Shown here piece after piece: positions 51,740 to 62,313 of a stretch of DNA of 64,000 bases. The notes under the pieces were generated by a model. It searched no databases and was not told the origin of the DNA. It was given only the letters and a program-made list of their open reading frames with translations. Made by a program: the position numbers and the translations under genes. The stretch lies in the sequence record PZ445524.1. One strand, given 5' to 3'. How positions within the stretch are numbered: position 1 is the first letter of the stretch; each line of letters starts with the position of its first letter. The DNA is from a phage.

Positions 51740-51801
51740 ATGAACCTCGTTCAATTAGTGAGATTTCTATTATATACCATCCAAATCTTAAAGTAAACAA
51801 G

Positions 51802-51809
51802 TATAAATA
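51802..51809 (+). promoter_or_regulatory. late promoter TATAAATA upstream of gene 34
   Basis: exact TATAAATA about 35 nt before ATG 51844. Confidence 0.7.
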
Positions 51810-51843
51810 CTTATTATTGAAAACACAATAGGAGCCCGGGAGA

Positions 51844-54800
51844 ATGGCCGAGATTAAAAGAAAGTTCAGAGCAGAAGATGGTCTGGACGCAGGTGGTGAT
51901 AAAATAATCAACGTAGCTTTAGCTGATCGTACCGTAGGAACTGACGGTGTTAACGTTGATTACTTAATTCAAGAAAACACAGTTCAACAATATGATCCAA
52001 CTCGTGGATATTTAAAAGATTTTGTAATCATTTATGATAACCGCTTTTGGGCTGCTATAAATGATATTCCAAAGCCAGCAGGAGCTTTTAATAGCGGACG
52101 CTGGAGAGCATTACGTACCGATGCTAACTGGATTACGGTTTCATCTGGTTCATATCAATTAAAATCTGGTGAAGCAATTTCGGTTAACACCGCAGCTGGA
52201 AATGACATCACGTTTACTTTACCATCTTCTCCAATTGATGGTGATACTATCGTTCTCCAAGATATTGGAGGAAAACCTGGAGTTAACCAAGTTTTAATTG
52301 TAGCTCCAGTGCAAAGTATTGTAAACTTTAGAGGTGAACAGGTACGTTCAGTACTAATGACTCATCCAAAGTCACAGCTAGTTTTAATTTTTAGTAATCG
52401 TCTGTGGCAAATGTATGTTGCTGATTATAGTAGAGAAGCTATAGTTGTAACACCAGCGAATACTTATCAAGCGCAATCCAACGATTTTATCGTACGTAGA
52501 TTTACTTCTGCTGCACCAATTAATGTTAAACTTCCAAGATTTGCTAATCATGGCGATATTATTAATTTCGTAGATTTAGATAAACTAAATCCGCTTTATC
52601 ATACAATTGTTACTACATACGATGAAACGACTTCAATACAAGAAGTTGGAACTCATTCCATTGAAGGCCGTACAACGATTGACGGTTTCTTGATGTTTGA
52701 TGATAATGAGAAATTGTGGAGATTGTTTGACGGGGATAGTAAAGCGCGTTTACGCATTATAACGACTAATTCTAATATTCGTCCAAATGAAGAAGTTATG
52801 GTATTTGGTGCGAATAACGGAACAGCTCAGACAATTGAACTTCAGCTTCCGACTGATATTTCTGTTGGTGATACTGTTAAAATTTCCATGAATTACATGA
52901 GAAAAGGACAAACAGTTAAAATCAAAGCTGCCGGTGAAGATAAAATTGCTTCTTCAGTTCAATTGCTGCAATTCCCAAAACGTTCAGAGTATCCGCCTGA
53001 AACTAAATGGGTTACAGTCCAAGAATTAGTTTTTAATGGTGAAACTAATTATGTACCAGTTTTAGAGCTTGCTTATATTGAAGATTCTGATGGAAAATAC
53101 TGGGTTGTACAGCAAAACGTTCCAACTGTCGAAAGAGTAGATTCTTTAAATGATTCTACTAGAGCAAGATTAGGCGTAATTGCTTTAGCTACACAAGCTC
53201 AAGCTAACGTCGATTTAGAAAATTCTCCACAAAAAGAATTAGCAATTACTCCAGAAACATTAGCTAACCGTACTGCTACAGAAACTCGTAGAGGTATCGC
53301 AAGAATAGCAACTACTGCTCAAGTGAATCAGAACACCACATTCTCTTTTGCAGATGACCTTATCATTACTCCTAAAAAGCTGAATGAAAGAACTGCTACA
53401 GAAACTCGCAGAGGTGTTGCTGAAATTGCTACGCAGCAAGAAACTAATGCAGGTACTGATGATACTACAATCGTCACTCCTAAAAAGCTTCAAGCTCGTC
53501 AAGGTTCTGAATCATTATCTGGTATTGTAACCTTTGTATCTACTGCAGGTGCTACTCCAGCTTCTAGCCGTGAATTAAATGGTACGAATGTTTATAATAA
53601 AAACACTAATAATTTAGTTGTTTCACCTAAAGCTTTGGATCAGTATAAAGCTACGCCTACTCAACAGGGTGCAGTAATTTTAGCAGTTGAAAGTGAAGTA
53701 ATTGCTGGACAAAGTCAGCAAGGATGGGCAAATGCTGTTGTAACGCCAGAAACGTTACATAAAAAGACATCAACTGATGGAAGAATTGGTTTAATTGAAA
53801 TTGCTACGCAAAGTGAAGTTAATACAGGAACTGATTATACTCGTGCAGTCACTCCTAAAACTTTAAATGGTCGTAAAGCAACTGAAAGTTTAAGTGGTAT
53901 AGCTGAAATTGCTACGCAAGTTGAATTCGACGCAGGCGTCGACGATACTCGTATCTCTACACCATTAAAAATTAAAACTAGATTTAATAGTACTGATCGT
54001 ACTTCTGTTGTTGCTCTATCTGGATTAGTTGAATCAGGAACTCTCTGGGACCATTATACCCTTAATATTCTTGAAGCAAATGAGACACAGCGTGGTACAC
54101 TTCGCGTAGCTACACAAGTTGAAGCTGCTGCAGGAAAATTAGATAATGTTTTAATAACTCCTAAAAAGCTTTTAGGTACTAAATCTACTGAAGCACAGGA
54201 AGGTGTTATTAAAGTTGCAACTCAGTCTGAAACTGTGACTGGAACATCAGCAAATACTGCTGTATCTCCAAAAAATTTAAAGTGGATTGTGCAGAGTGAA
54301 CCTACCTGGGCAGCTACTACTGCGGTAAGAGGTTTTGTTAAAACTTCATCTGGTTCAATTACATTCGTTGGTAATGATACGGTAGGTTCAACACAGCCAT
54401 TAGAATCATATGAGAAAAATAGCTATGCGGTATCACCATATGAATTAAACCGTGTATTAGCAAATTATTTGCCGTTAAAAGCAAAAGCTGCTGATACAAA
54501 TTTATTGGATGGTCTAGATTCATCTCAGTTCATTCGTAGGGATATTGCACAGACGGTTAATGGTTCACTAACCTTAACCCAACAAACGAATCTGAGTGCC
54601 CCTCTTGTATCATCTAGTACTGGTGAATTTGGTGGTTCATTGGCCGCTAACTCAACATTTACTATCCGTAACACAGGAACTATGACGCCCCGTATCGTTT
54701 TCGAAAAAGGTCCTGCATCTGGTGCAAACCCGGCACAGTCAATGAGTATTCGTGTATGGGGTAACCAATTTGGTGGCGGTAGTGATACGACTCGTTCGAC

Positions 54801-55719
54801 AGTGTTTGAAGTTGGCGATGATACATCTTATCACTTTTATTCTCAACGTAATAAAGACGGGAATATAACGTTTAGCATTAATGGTACTGTGATGCCAAAA
54901 AATGTTAACGCTTCAGGCACGTTGAATGCGAATGGCGTAGCAACATTTGGTAGTTCAGTTACAGCCAATGGTGAATTCATTAGCAAGTCTGCAAATGCCT
55001 TTAGAGCAATAAATGGTAATTATGGATTCTTTATCAGGAATGATGGCGGCAGCACATATTTTATGCTTACTGCATCGGGTGATCAGACTGGCGGATTTAA
55101 TGGATTACGTCCATTATCAATTAATAATCAATCTGGACAGGTTATAATTGGTGAAAGCTTAATCATTGCTAAAGGTGCTACTATAAATTCAGGCGGTTTG
55201 ACTGTTGTTAACTCGAGAATTCGTTCTCAGGGTACTAAAACATCTGATTTATACACCCGTGCACCAACATCTGATACTGTAGGATTCTGGTCAATCGATA
55301 TTAATGATTCAGCTACTTATAACCAATTCCCGGGTTATTTTAAAATGGTTGAAAAAACTAATGAAGTGACTGGGCTTCCATACTTAGAACGTGGCGAAGA
55401 AGTTAAATCTCCTGGTACACTGACTCAGTTTGGTAATACACTTGATTCGCTTTACCAAGATTGGATTACTTATCCAACGACGCCAGAAGCGCGTACCACT
55501 CGCTGGACACGTACATGGCAGAAAACCAAAAACTCTTGGTCAAGTTTTGTTCAGGTATTTGACGGAGGTAACCCTCCTCAACCATCTGATATCGGTGCTT
55601 TACCATCTGATAATGCTACAATGGGGAATCTTACTATTCGTGATTTCTTGCGAATTGGTAATGTTCGCATTGTTCCTGACCCAGTGAATAAAACGGTTAA
55701 ATTTGAATGGGTTGAATAA
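51844..55719 (+). CDS. 34: long tail fiber proximal subunit gp34
   Basis: 1291 aa; internal beta-repeat motifs; T4 gp34 length about 1289. Confidence 0.93.
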   Translation: MAEIKRKFRAEDGLDAGGDKIINVALADRTVGTDGVNVDYLIQENTVQQYDPTRGYLKDFVIIYDNRFWAAINDIPKPAGAFNSGRWRALRTDANWITVSSGSYQLKSGEAISVNTAAGNDITFTLPSSPIDGDTIVLQDIGGKPGVNQVLIVAPVQSIVNFRGEQVRSVLMTHPKSQLVLIFSNRLWQMYVADYSREAIVVTPANTYQAQSNDFIVRRFTSAAPINVKLPRFANHGDIINFVDLDKLNPLYHTIVTTYDETTSIQEVGTHSIEGRTTIDGFLMFDDNEKLWRLFDGDSKARLRIITTNSNIRPNEEVMVFGANNGTAQTIELQLPTDISVGDTVKISMNYMRKGQTVKIKAAGEDKIASSVQLLQFPKRSEYPPETKWVTVQELVFNGETNYVPVLELAYIEDSDGKYWVVQQNVPTVERVDSLNDSTRARLGVIALATQAQANVDLENSPQKELAITPETLANRTATETRRGIARIATTAQVNQNTTFSFADDLIITPKKLNERTATETRRGVAEIATQQETNAGTDDTTIVTPKKLQARQGSESLSGIVTFVSTAGATPASSRELNGTNVYNKNTNNLVVSPKALDQYKATPTQQGAVILAVESEVIAGQSQQGWANAVVTPETLHKKTSTDGRIGLIEIATQSEVNTGTDYTRAVTPKTLNGRKATESLSGIAEIATQVEFDAGVDDTRISTPLKIKTRFNSTDRTSVVALSGLVESGTLWDHYTLNILEANETQRGTLRVATQVEAAAGKLDNVLITPKKLLGTKSTEAQEGVIKVATQSETVTGTSANTAVSPKNLKWIVQSEPTWAATTAVRGFVKTSSGSITFVGNDTVGSTQPLESYEKNSYAVSPYELNRVLANYLPLKAKAADTNLLDGLDSSQFIRRDIAQTVNGSLTLTQQTNLSAPLVSSSTGEFGGSLAANSTFTIRNTGTMTPRIVFEKGPASGANPAQSMSIRVWGNQFGGGSDTTRSTVFEVGDDTSYHFYSQRNKDGNITFSINGTVMPKNVNASGTLNANGVATFGSSVTANGEFISKSANAFRAINGNYGFFIRNDGGSTYFMLTASGDQTGGFNGLRPLSINNQSGQVIIGESLIIAKGATINSGGLTVVNSRIRSQGTKTSDLYTRAPTSDTVGFWSIDINDSATYNQFPGYFKMVEKTNEVTGLPYLERGEEVKSPGTLTQFGNTLDSLYQDWITYPTTPEARTTRWTRTWQKTKNSWSSFVQVFDGGNPPQPSDIGALPSDNATMGNLTIRDFLRIGNVRIVPDPVNKTVKFEWVE

Positions 55720-55727
55720 GAGGTATT

Positions 55728-56843
55728 ATGGAAAAATTTATGGCAAAGTTTGGACAAGGATATGTCCAAACGCCATTTTTATCGGAAAGTAATTCAGTAA
55801 GATATAAAATAAGTATAGCGGGTTCTTGCCCGCTTTCTACAGCAGGACCATACGTTAAATTTCAGGATAATCCTGTAGGAAGTCAAACATTTAGCGCAGG
55901 CCTTCATTTAAGAGTTTTTGATCCTTCCACCGGAGCATTAGTTGATAGTAAGTCATATGCTTTTTCGACTTCAAATGATACAACATCAGCTGCTTTTGTT
56001 AGTTTCATGAATTCTTTGACGAATAATCGAATTGTTGCTATATTAACTAGCGGAAAGGTTAATTTTCCTCCTGAAGTAGTATCTTGGTTAAGAACCGCCG
56101 GAACGTCTGCTTTTCCATCTGACTCTATATTGTCAAGATTCGACGTATCATATGCTGCTTTTTATACTTCTTCTAAAAGAGCTATCGCATTAGAGCATGT
56201 TAAACTGAGTAATAGAAAAAGTACAGATGACTATCAAACTATTTTAGATGTTGTATTTGACAGTTTAGAAGATGTTGGAGCTACCGGGTTTCCAAGAAGA
56301 ACGTATGAAAGCGTTGAGCAATTCATGTCAGCGGTTGGTGGAACTAATAACGAAATTGCGAGATTGCCAACTTCAGCTGCTATAAGTAAATTATCTGATT
56401 ATAATTTAATTCCTGGAGATGTTCTTTATCTTAAAACACAGCTATACGCCGATGCTGATTTACTTGCTCTTGGAACTACGAATATATCCATTCGATTTTA
56501 TAATGCATCTAACGGATATATTTCTTCAACACAGACTGAATTTACCGGGCAAGCTGGGTCATGGGAATTAAAGGAAGATTATGTAGTTGTTCCAGAAAAC
56601 GCTGTAGGATTTACGATATACGCACAGAGAACTGCACAAGCTGGCCAAGGCGGCATGAGAAATTTAAGCTTTTCTGAAGTATCAAGAAACGGCGGCATTT
56701 CGAAACCTGCTGAATTTGGCGTCAATGGTATTCGTGTTAATTATATCTGTGAATCCGCTTCACCTCCGGATATAATGGTACTTCCTACACAAGCATCGTC
56801 TAAAACTGGTAAAGTGTTTGGGCAAGAATTTAGAGAAGTATAA
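55728..56843 (+). CDS. 35: long tail fiber hinge connector gp35
   Basis: 371 aa, MEKFMAKFGQGYVQTPFLSESNSVRYK close to remembered T4 gp35. Confidence 0.92.
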   Translation: MEKFMAKFGQGYVQTPFLSESNSVRYKISIAGSCPLSTAGPYVKFQDNPVGSQTFSAGLHLRVFDPSTGALVDSKSYAFSTSNDTTSAAFVSFMNSLTNNRIVAILTSGKVNFPPEVVSWLRTAGTSAFPSDSILSRFDVSYAAFYTSSKRAIALEHVKLSNRKSTDDYQTILDVVFDSLEDVGATGFPRRTYESVEQFMSAVGGTNNEIARLPTSAAISKLSDYNLIPGDVLYLKTQLYADADLLALGTTNISIRFYNASNGYISSTQTEFTGQAGSWELKEDYVVVPENAVGFTIYAQRTAQAGQGGMRNLSFSEVSRNGGISKPAEFGVNGIRVNYICESASPPDIMVLPTQASSKTGKVFGQEFREV

Positions 56844-56848
56844 ATTGA

Positions 56849-56875
56849 GGGAGCCTTCGGGTTCCCTTTTTCTTT
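56849..56875 (+). terminator. hairpin GGGAGCC-TTCG-GGTTCCC plus T-tract after gene 35
   Basis: 7-bp stem (one G-U) with UUCG loop and TTTTTCTTT. Confidence 0.7.
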
Positions 56876-56882
56876 ATAAATA
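56875..56882 (+). promoter_or_regulatory. late promoter TATAAATA upstream of gene 36
   Basis: exact TATAAATA about 24 nt before ATG 56906. Confidence 0.7.
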
Positions 56883-56905
56883 CTATTAAAATAAAGGGGC
56901 ATACA

Positions 56906-57565
56906 ATGGCTGATTTAAAAGTAGGTTCAACAACCGGAGGCTCTGTCATTTGGCATCAAGGAAATTTTCCATTGAATCCGGCCGGTGACGATGTACTCTA
57001 TAAATCATTTAAAATATATTCAGAATATAATAAACCACAAGCTGCTGATAACGATTTCGTTTCTAAAGCTAATGGCGGTACTTATCTAAACCGAGTTACC
57101 TTTAACCGGGGTATTCAAGTCCCGGGAGCCGGCAATGGTCTGACCGGGATGTTTGTTGGGCCAGGTGATGGAGCAACTTATGATAATGTTAACCTTGATA
57201 TAATATCTTGGTATGGTATCGGATTTAAATCATCTCAAGGAACAGGACCCAGGACAATTGTTTTTAACGTTCGTGATGGTGAAATTTCGGCCCGTGGTAA
57301 TATAAATTCACAGCGTCAGGTGCGAGCCGAAGCCGCAGCGCCCATTGCCGCAAATGACCTTACTAGAAAGGACTATGTTGATGGAGCAATAAATACTGTT
57401 ACAGCAAATGCGAACTCTAGAGTGTTACGATCTGGCGACACTATGACGGGTAACTTAACCGCACCAAACTTTTTTTCGCAGAATCCTGCATCTCAACCTT
57501 CACATGTTCCACGATTTGACCAAATCGTAATTAAGGATTCTGTTCAAGATTTCGGCTATTATTAA
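56906..57565 (+). CDS. 36: long tail fiber distal connector gp36
   Basis: 219 aa, T4 gp36 length. Confidence 0.9.
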   Translation: MADLKVGSTTGGSVIWHQGNFPLNPAGDDVLYKSFKIYSEYNKPQAADNDFVSKANGGTYLNRVTFNRGIQVPGAGNGLTGMFVGPGDGATYDNVNLDIISWYGIGFKSSQGTGPRTIVFNVRDGEISARGNINSQRQVRAEAAAPIAANDLTRKDYVDGAINTVTANANSRVLRSGDTMTGNLTAPNFFSQNPASQPSHVPRFDQIVIKDSVQDFGYY

Positions 57566-57573
57566 GAGGACTT

Positions 57574-60500
57574 ATGGCTACTTTAAAACAAATACAATTT
57601 AAAAGAAGCAAAACCGCAGGTGCACGTCCTGCTGCTTCAGTATTAGCCGAAGGTGAATTGGCTATAAACTTAAAAGATAGAACACTTTTTACTAAAGATG
57701 ATTCAGGAAATATCATTGATTTAAGCATTTCCGCTGGCGGTAATATCAGTGGAAATATCACTCAAACTGGTGATTATACACAGACTGGAAAATTTAATTT
57801 AATTGGTCCGCAAATTGTAGCAAGCGGTGGATATATTGAGTTTAATTATCGTACTACTGGAAGTGGGGCTTGGTCCGGTCAACATACTGCGAAAGCTCCA
57901 ATTTTTGTAGATTTAAGCTCAGCTACTTCCACATCTGAATATAATCCTATAATTAAACAGCGCTTTAAAGATGGAACTTTTTCTGTTGGTACGTTAGTAA
58001 ATGAAGGAAGTTTTAAGATTCATTATATCAATGAAACTGGGGATTCGAAATATTGGACTTTTAATCGTAATGGTAATTTCCAAGTTGTCACGGGCGATTT
58101 ATTTGTCAGCAACGGTAATATTTCCGCTTCAGGCAATATTAACTCGGCAACTGGATTTGTTTCTGCACCGCAGATTAATACAAAAACCATAGTTTTTGAT
58201 ACAAAAGCATTCGGACAATACGATTCGCAGTCATTAGTTCAATATGTTTATCCTGGAACCGGTGAAACAAACGGAATCAATTACCTTCGTAAAGTTCGAG
58301 CTAAATCAGGCGGAACCATTTACCATGAAATCGCTTCTGCGCAGACCGGTAAGAATGATGAAATTTCTTGGTGGACCGGAAATACACTTACTACTAAATT
58401 AATGGGTCTTCGTAATGATGGCGCAATGGTATTACGTCGTTCACTTGCTATTGGCACAATTACCACCGATGAAAATACTAACAACTATGGTTCTCCTACT
58501 CCAATGGGAGAAAGATATATTGCTTTGGGCGATGCTGCCACTGGTTTAAAATACATTAAGCAGGGTGTTTATGATTTAGTAGGTAATTGGAATTCTGTTG
58601 CTTCTATTACTCCTGATAGTTTCCGTAGTACTCGTAAAGCATTATTTGGACGTTCCGAGGACCAAGGCGGAACGTGGATTATGCCTGGAACGAACGCTGC
58701 TCTCTTGTCTGTTCAAACCCAGGCAGATGTGAATAACGCAGGTGATGGTCAAACCCACATTGGATATAATTCTGGCGGTAAAATGTCCCACTATTTCCGC
58801 GGTAAAGGCCAAACTAATATTAATACTCAAGAAGGCATGGAAGTTAACCCTGGTATTTTGAAATTGGTAACTGGCTCTAATAACGTACAGTTTTATGCCG
58901 ACGGAACAGTATCTTCAATACAAAGAATTAAATTTGATAACGGATTAGTTCTTACTGGTGCTAGACCCGACGGTATTCAACTTGACGCTCCTACAACAAC
59001 AGATGGCACTAAAACTATATTGTGGGCCGGCGGTACTCGCCCAGGTCAGAATAAAAGTTATCTATCTATCAAAGCATGGGGTAATGCCTTTAATGCATCT
59101 GGCGATCGTGCTCGTGAAACGGTTTTTGAGGTAGGTGATGGACAAGGTTACCATTTTTATTCTCAACGAGTTGCTCCCGGATCAGGTTCTACCGTCGGAC
59201 CTATTCAATTTCGAGTTAATGGTGGTTTATTAACTGCAGGTAGTATTGTTGCTTCTGGTTCTATTACAACTGAATCTTCTTTGAGTGTTAATAATGGCAT
59301 GTCAGTAATCGGTGAATTAAAGGTTGGTGGTACCGCAGATAACTTCCGTATTTGGAACGCTAAATACGGCGCTATTTTCCGTCGTTCAGAAGATTCCTTG
59401 TATATAATTCCTACAGCCATTAACCAAGGCGAAAGCGGTGGAATAAGCGATATAAGACCGTTCAGTATTAACCTTGGCACTGGCTCTGTTGCAATGGGTA
59501 ACCATACTCAAGCGGGTAAAAACCTTTTCACGGTTGATAACGTTTCTAAATTAGTACAAACTGATGTTCGTTTCCGTGTTAACATGGATTCCGACGGTAT
59601 TGTTTTGAATGCTTCTTCTCAAGCAGCGTCTAACTTTATCCAAGGACGTAAAGCAGATGCTCCGAAATGGTATCTCGGTATTGGCGACGGTGGTAACGTT
59701 GTTCGTTTACATAACTATACCTATTCCCACGGTATTGCATTAAACTCTGATACTGTAGATATTACTAAGCCTCTTAAAATTAATAATATTCGAATTGGTA
59801 CAGATGGCAACATCACAGGTGGTACTGATAATTTTGCCAATTTAAATACAACGTTAAACAATAAAGTCAATGTTGGTGGTTGGTCAGGCGGAGCTACAAC
59901 TGGGTGGTATAAGTTTGCGACAGTTAATATTCCTCAATCTACTGGAACAGTATCATTTAAAATATATGGTGGTTCAGGATTTAATTTTAAAAGTTATGGG
60001 CAAGCTTCTGTCGCAGAAATAATTCTTAGAACTGGAAATAATAATCCTAAAGGACTTAACGCTACATTATGGAACAGAACTTCTGAAGCATTTTCACAAA
60101 TTGCTACAGTTAACACAAGCAATGATACATATGACGTTTATGTTTATGTGGGAGGATATTCAAATGCTTTAGTCGTCGAATATTCATGTACCAGTAATAG
60201 TACAGTAACTGTGGTTGGTGTTAATGGAGGAATTCAACCTATTGTTGAAACACTTCCAGAAGGTCATGTAGTAGGTAAAACTGTAAAATTATTGAATAAC
60301 ATTGATGGAATGTTTTCAGCTGGTGAATCTGATATTATTACTCGCGGTGAATTTGTTACCAATAACCAAAAAGGTTTACGCATTAAATCTAGAGGCAACG
60401 ATATTGATTCTAATGCTGTTATTATTCGAAATGATGGTGGAAGTTTTTATATTCTAGCTACAGATAAGAATACATCATCAAATCCTGATGCTGCATCAGG

Positions 60501-61467
60501 TAATTGGAATAATTTAAGACCTTTCTCCATTAATATGGCTGATGGTCGCGTTGGTATGAACCATGGTCTAAATATTACCGGCGGTGGCTTGAATGTTACT
60601 GGTGGCTTGAATGTTACTAGTGGTAATACTAGTTTAGGTAATATCTCGTCTCGTGTAGTAGCAGGTTGGCGAGGAGCGTCTGGTTGGGCTGATAACTCGG
60701 ATACAATGAAATCTAAAATCACCTTTATGGCAGACCATGGGGATTTATCTAATTCAGGCAGTTATTATCCTATTGTAGGTGCATACAGCAACTATGGTTC
60801 AGCGGGTTATCGTCAAACCTTTGAATTTGGATGGGTCGGCTCTGGTACCACCGCTGGATGGCGAGAAGGTATTATTCGTATTCGCGGAGATAGTTCTAGC
60901 GGCCAGCAAGCAAGATGGCGATTTACAATGGATGGTATTTTAGATTGCCCGGGTAAAGTACAGATGCCACAAACAAGTGCATTTGGTGTCAATACAACAA
61001 ACGCACTTGGTGGAAACAGTATAACATTTGGTGATAGCGATACTGGTATTAAGCAAAATGGCGATGGATTATTAGACATATATGCGAACAACGTACAAGT
61101 ATTCCGTTTCCAAAACGGTGATTTGTACTCATACAAAAATATAAATGCTCCAAACGTTTATATTCGTTCTGATATTCGTTTAAAATCCAACTTTAAGCCT
61201 ATCGAAAATGCACTTGATAAAGTTGAAAAACTTAACGGTGTCATTTACGATAAAGCTGAATACATCGGTGGAGAGGCAATTGAAACTGAAGCAGGTATTG
61301 TGGCTCAAACGTTACAAGACGTTTTACCAGAAGCTGTCCGTGAAACAGAAGATAGCAAGGGTAATAAAATACTCACTGTTTCTTCTCAAGCCCAGATTGC
61401 TCTTCTAGTTGAAGCTGTGAAAACACTTTCTTCTCGTGTAAAAGAACTTGAATCTAAACTTATGTAA
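57574..61467 (+). CDS. 37: long tail fiber distal subunit gp37 with C-terminal intramolecular chaperone domain (T2-type)
   Basis: 1297 aa; shares FEVGDxxxYHFYSQR block with gp34; last about 100 aa (SDIRLKSNFKPIE...VKELESKLM) resemble the self-cleaving chaperone domain of endosialidase/T5 fiber type. Confidence 0.9.
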   Translation: MATLKQIQFKRSKTAGARPAASVLAEGELAINLKDRTLFTKDDSGNIIDLSISAGGNISGNITQTGDYTQTGKFNLIGPQIVASGGYIEFNYRTTGSGAWSGQHTAKAPIFVDLSSATSTSEYNPIIKQRFKDGTFSVGTLVNEGSFKIHYINETGDSKYWTFNRNGNFQVVTGDLFVSNGNISASGNINSATGFVSAPQINTKTIVFDTKAFGQYDSQSLVQYVYPGTGETNGINYLRKVRAKSGGTIYHEIASAQTGKNDEISWWTGNTLTTKLMGLRNDGAMVLRRSLAIGTITTDENTNNYGSPTPMGERYIALGDAATGLKYIKQGVYDLVGNWNSVASITPDSFRSTRKALFGRSEDQGGTWIMPGTNAALLSVQTQADVNNAGDGQTHIGYNSGGKMSHYFRGKGQTNINTQEGMEVNPGILKLVTGSNNVQFYADGTVSSIQRIKFDNGLVLTGARPDGIQLDAPTTTDGTKTILWAGGTRPGQNKSYLSIKAWGNAFNASGDRARETVFEVGDGQGYHFYSQRVAPGSGSTVGPIQFRVNGGLLTAGSIVASGSITTESSLSVNNGMSVIGELKVGGTADNFRIWNAKYGAIFRRSEDSLYIIPTAINQGESGGISDIRPFSINLGTGSVAMGNHTQAGKNLFTVDNVSKLVQTDVRFRVNMDSDGIVLNASSQAASNFIQGRKADAPKWYLGIGDGGNVVRLHNYTYSHGIALNSDTVDITKPLKINNIRIGTDGNITGGTDNFANLNTTLNNKVNVGGWSGGATTGWYKFATVNIPQSTGTVSFKIYGGSGFNFKSYGQASVAEIILRTGNNNPKGLNATLWNRTSEAFSQIATVNTSNDTYDVYVYVGGYSNALVVEYSCTSNSTVTVVGVNGGIQPIVETLPEGHVVGKTVKLLNNIDGMFSAGESDIITRGEFVTNNQKGLRIKSRGNDIDSNAVIIRNDGGSFYILATDKNTSSNPDAASGNWNNLRPFSINMADGRVGMNHGLNITGGGLNVTGGLNVTSGNTSLGNISSRVVAGWRGASGWADNSDTMKSKITFMADHGDLSNSGSYYPIVGAYSNYGSAGYRQTFEFGWVGSGTTAGWREGIIRIRGDSSSGQQARWRFTMDGILDCPGKVQMPQTSAFGVNTTNALGGNSITFGDSDTGIKQNGDGLLDIYANNVQVFRFQNGDLYSYKNINAPNVYIRSDIRLKSNFKPIENALDKVEKLNGVIYDKAEYIGGEAIETEAGIVAQTLQDVLPEAVRETEDSKGNKILTVSSQAQIALLVEAVKTLSSRVKELESKLM

Positions 61468-61469
61468 AA

Positions 61470-61497
61470 GAGGGCTTCGGCCCTCTAAGGATTTTTA
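61470..61497 (+). terminator. hairpin GAGGGC-TTCG-GCCCTC after gene 37
   Basis: perfect 6-bp GC stem with UUCG loop; modest T-run; gene 38 ATG follows. Confidence 0.55.
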
Positions 61498-62283
61498 ATG
61501 GCAATTGTAGGTGTTCCTGGCTGGATTGGTGAATCTGCCGTGAATGAAACTGGACAACGTTGGATGGATGCTGCGATGAAAGCTGTTCGTGTTTCAGTTC
61601 CCGGCTGGATGAGCTCAATGGCTGGGCAATCTAAAGAAGTATATTATAGCGTTGGTGCTAGTAATTCTTATAATAAAGACACACTAATAAATTGGATAAA
61701 AGCCCAAGGTAGTACTCCTGTTGTTATTACAATTACAGGAAATATTGTTTCTCAATCTACAGGTGTTCCATGCTTAGATTTTCCTAGCTCATTAACTAAT
61801 GCATACGTGACACTTAATATCAATTCAGGCGTGTATGTTTGGGGTCGCGGCGGTAATGGTGGAAATAACTCTGCTGGTGGAGCAGGAGGAACTGCAATAA
61901 ATAACGGAATTGGAACTAGATTACGTATTAACAACAATGGTGTTATCGCAGGCGGTGGCGGCGGTGGCGGTGGTGGGTATTATTCTCCTATGTCACAAAT
62001 GAAATTAACCTTTGGCGGTGGCGGCGGTCGTCCGTTTGGTGCTGCTGGTGGATCTGCCAACATGCAATCAGGCGCAACTGCTGGTACTATTTCCGCGCCA
62101 GGTAAAGGGTCTGTCAACGGTGTCTATAATGGCGGAAACGGCGGTGATGCTGGTGCCGCAGGTGGTAAATGTAATATTCGTGGTCAAGGATCAGAATATA
62201 ACGGCGGTGCTGCGGGTAAAGCTGTTACTGGTAATGCTCCAACTTGGACTAAAGTTGGTACAATATACGGTTCAAGAGTATAA
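61498..62283 (+). CDS. 38: gp38 receptor-recognising adhesin with glycine-rich motifs (T2/K3-type, not the T4 183-aa chaperone type)
   Basis: 261 aa; conserved N-terminus then poly-Gly motifs (GGGGGGGGG, GGGGG) separated by variable segments. Confidence 0.88.
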   Translation: MAIVGVPGWIGESAVNETGQRWMDAAMKAVRVSVPGWMSSMAGQSKEVYYSVGASNSYNKDTLINWIKAQGSTPVVITITGNIVSQSTGVPCLDFPSSLTNAYVTLNINSGVYVWGRGGNGGNNSAGGAGGTAINNGIGTRLRINNNGVIAGGGGGGGGGYYSPMSQMKLTFGGGGGRPFGAAGGSANMQSGATAGTISAPGKGSVNGVYNGGNGGDAGAAGGKCNIRGQGSEYNGGAAGKAVTGNAPTWTKVGTIYGSRV

Positions 62284-62313
62284 TTTGAATAAATATCCTT
62301 AAAAGGAGGGTCT

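Noticed and set aside
61950-62060. Short GGC/GGT glycine-codon repeats that might be taken for a simple-sequence or CRISPR-like array
   Set aside because: They lie inside gene 38 in frame and encode the poly-glycine motifs; there are no spacer-repeat units or cas genes.
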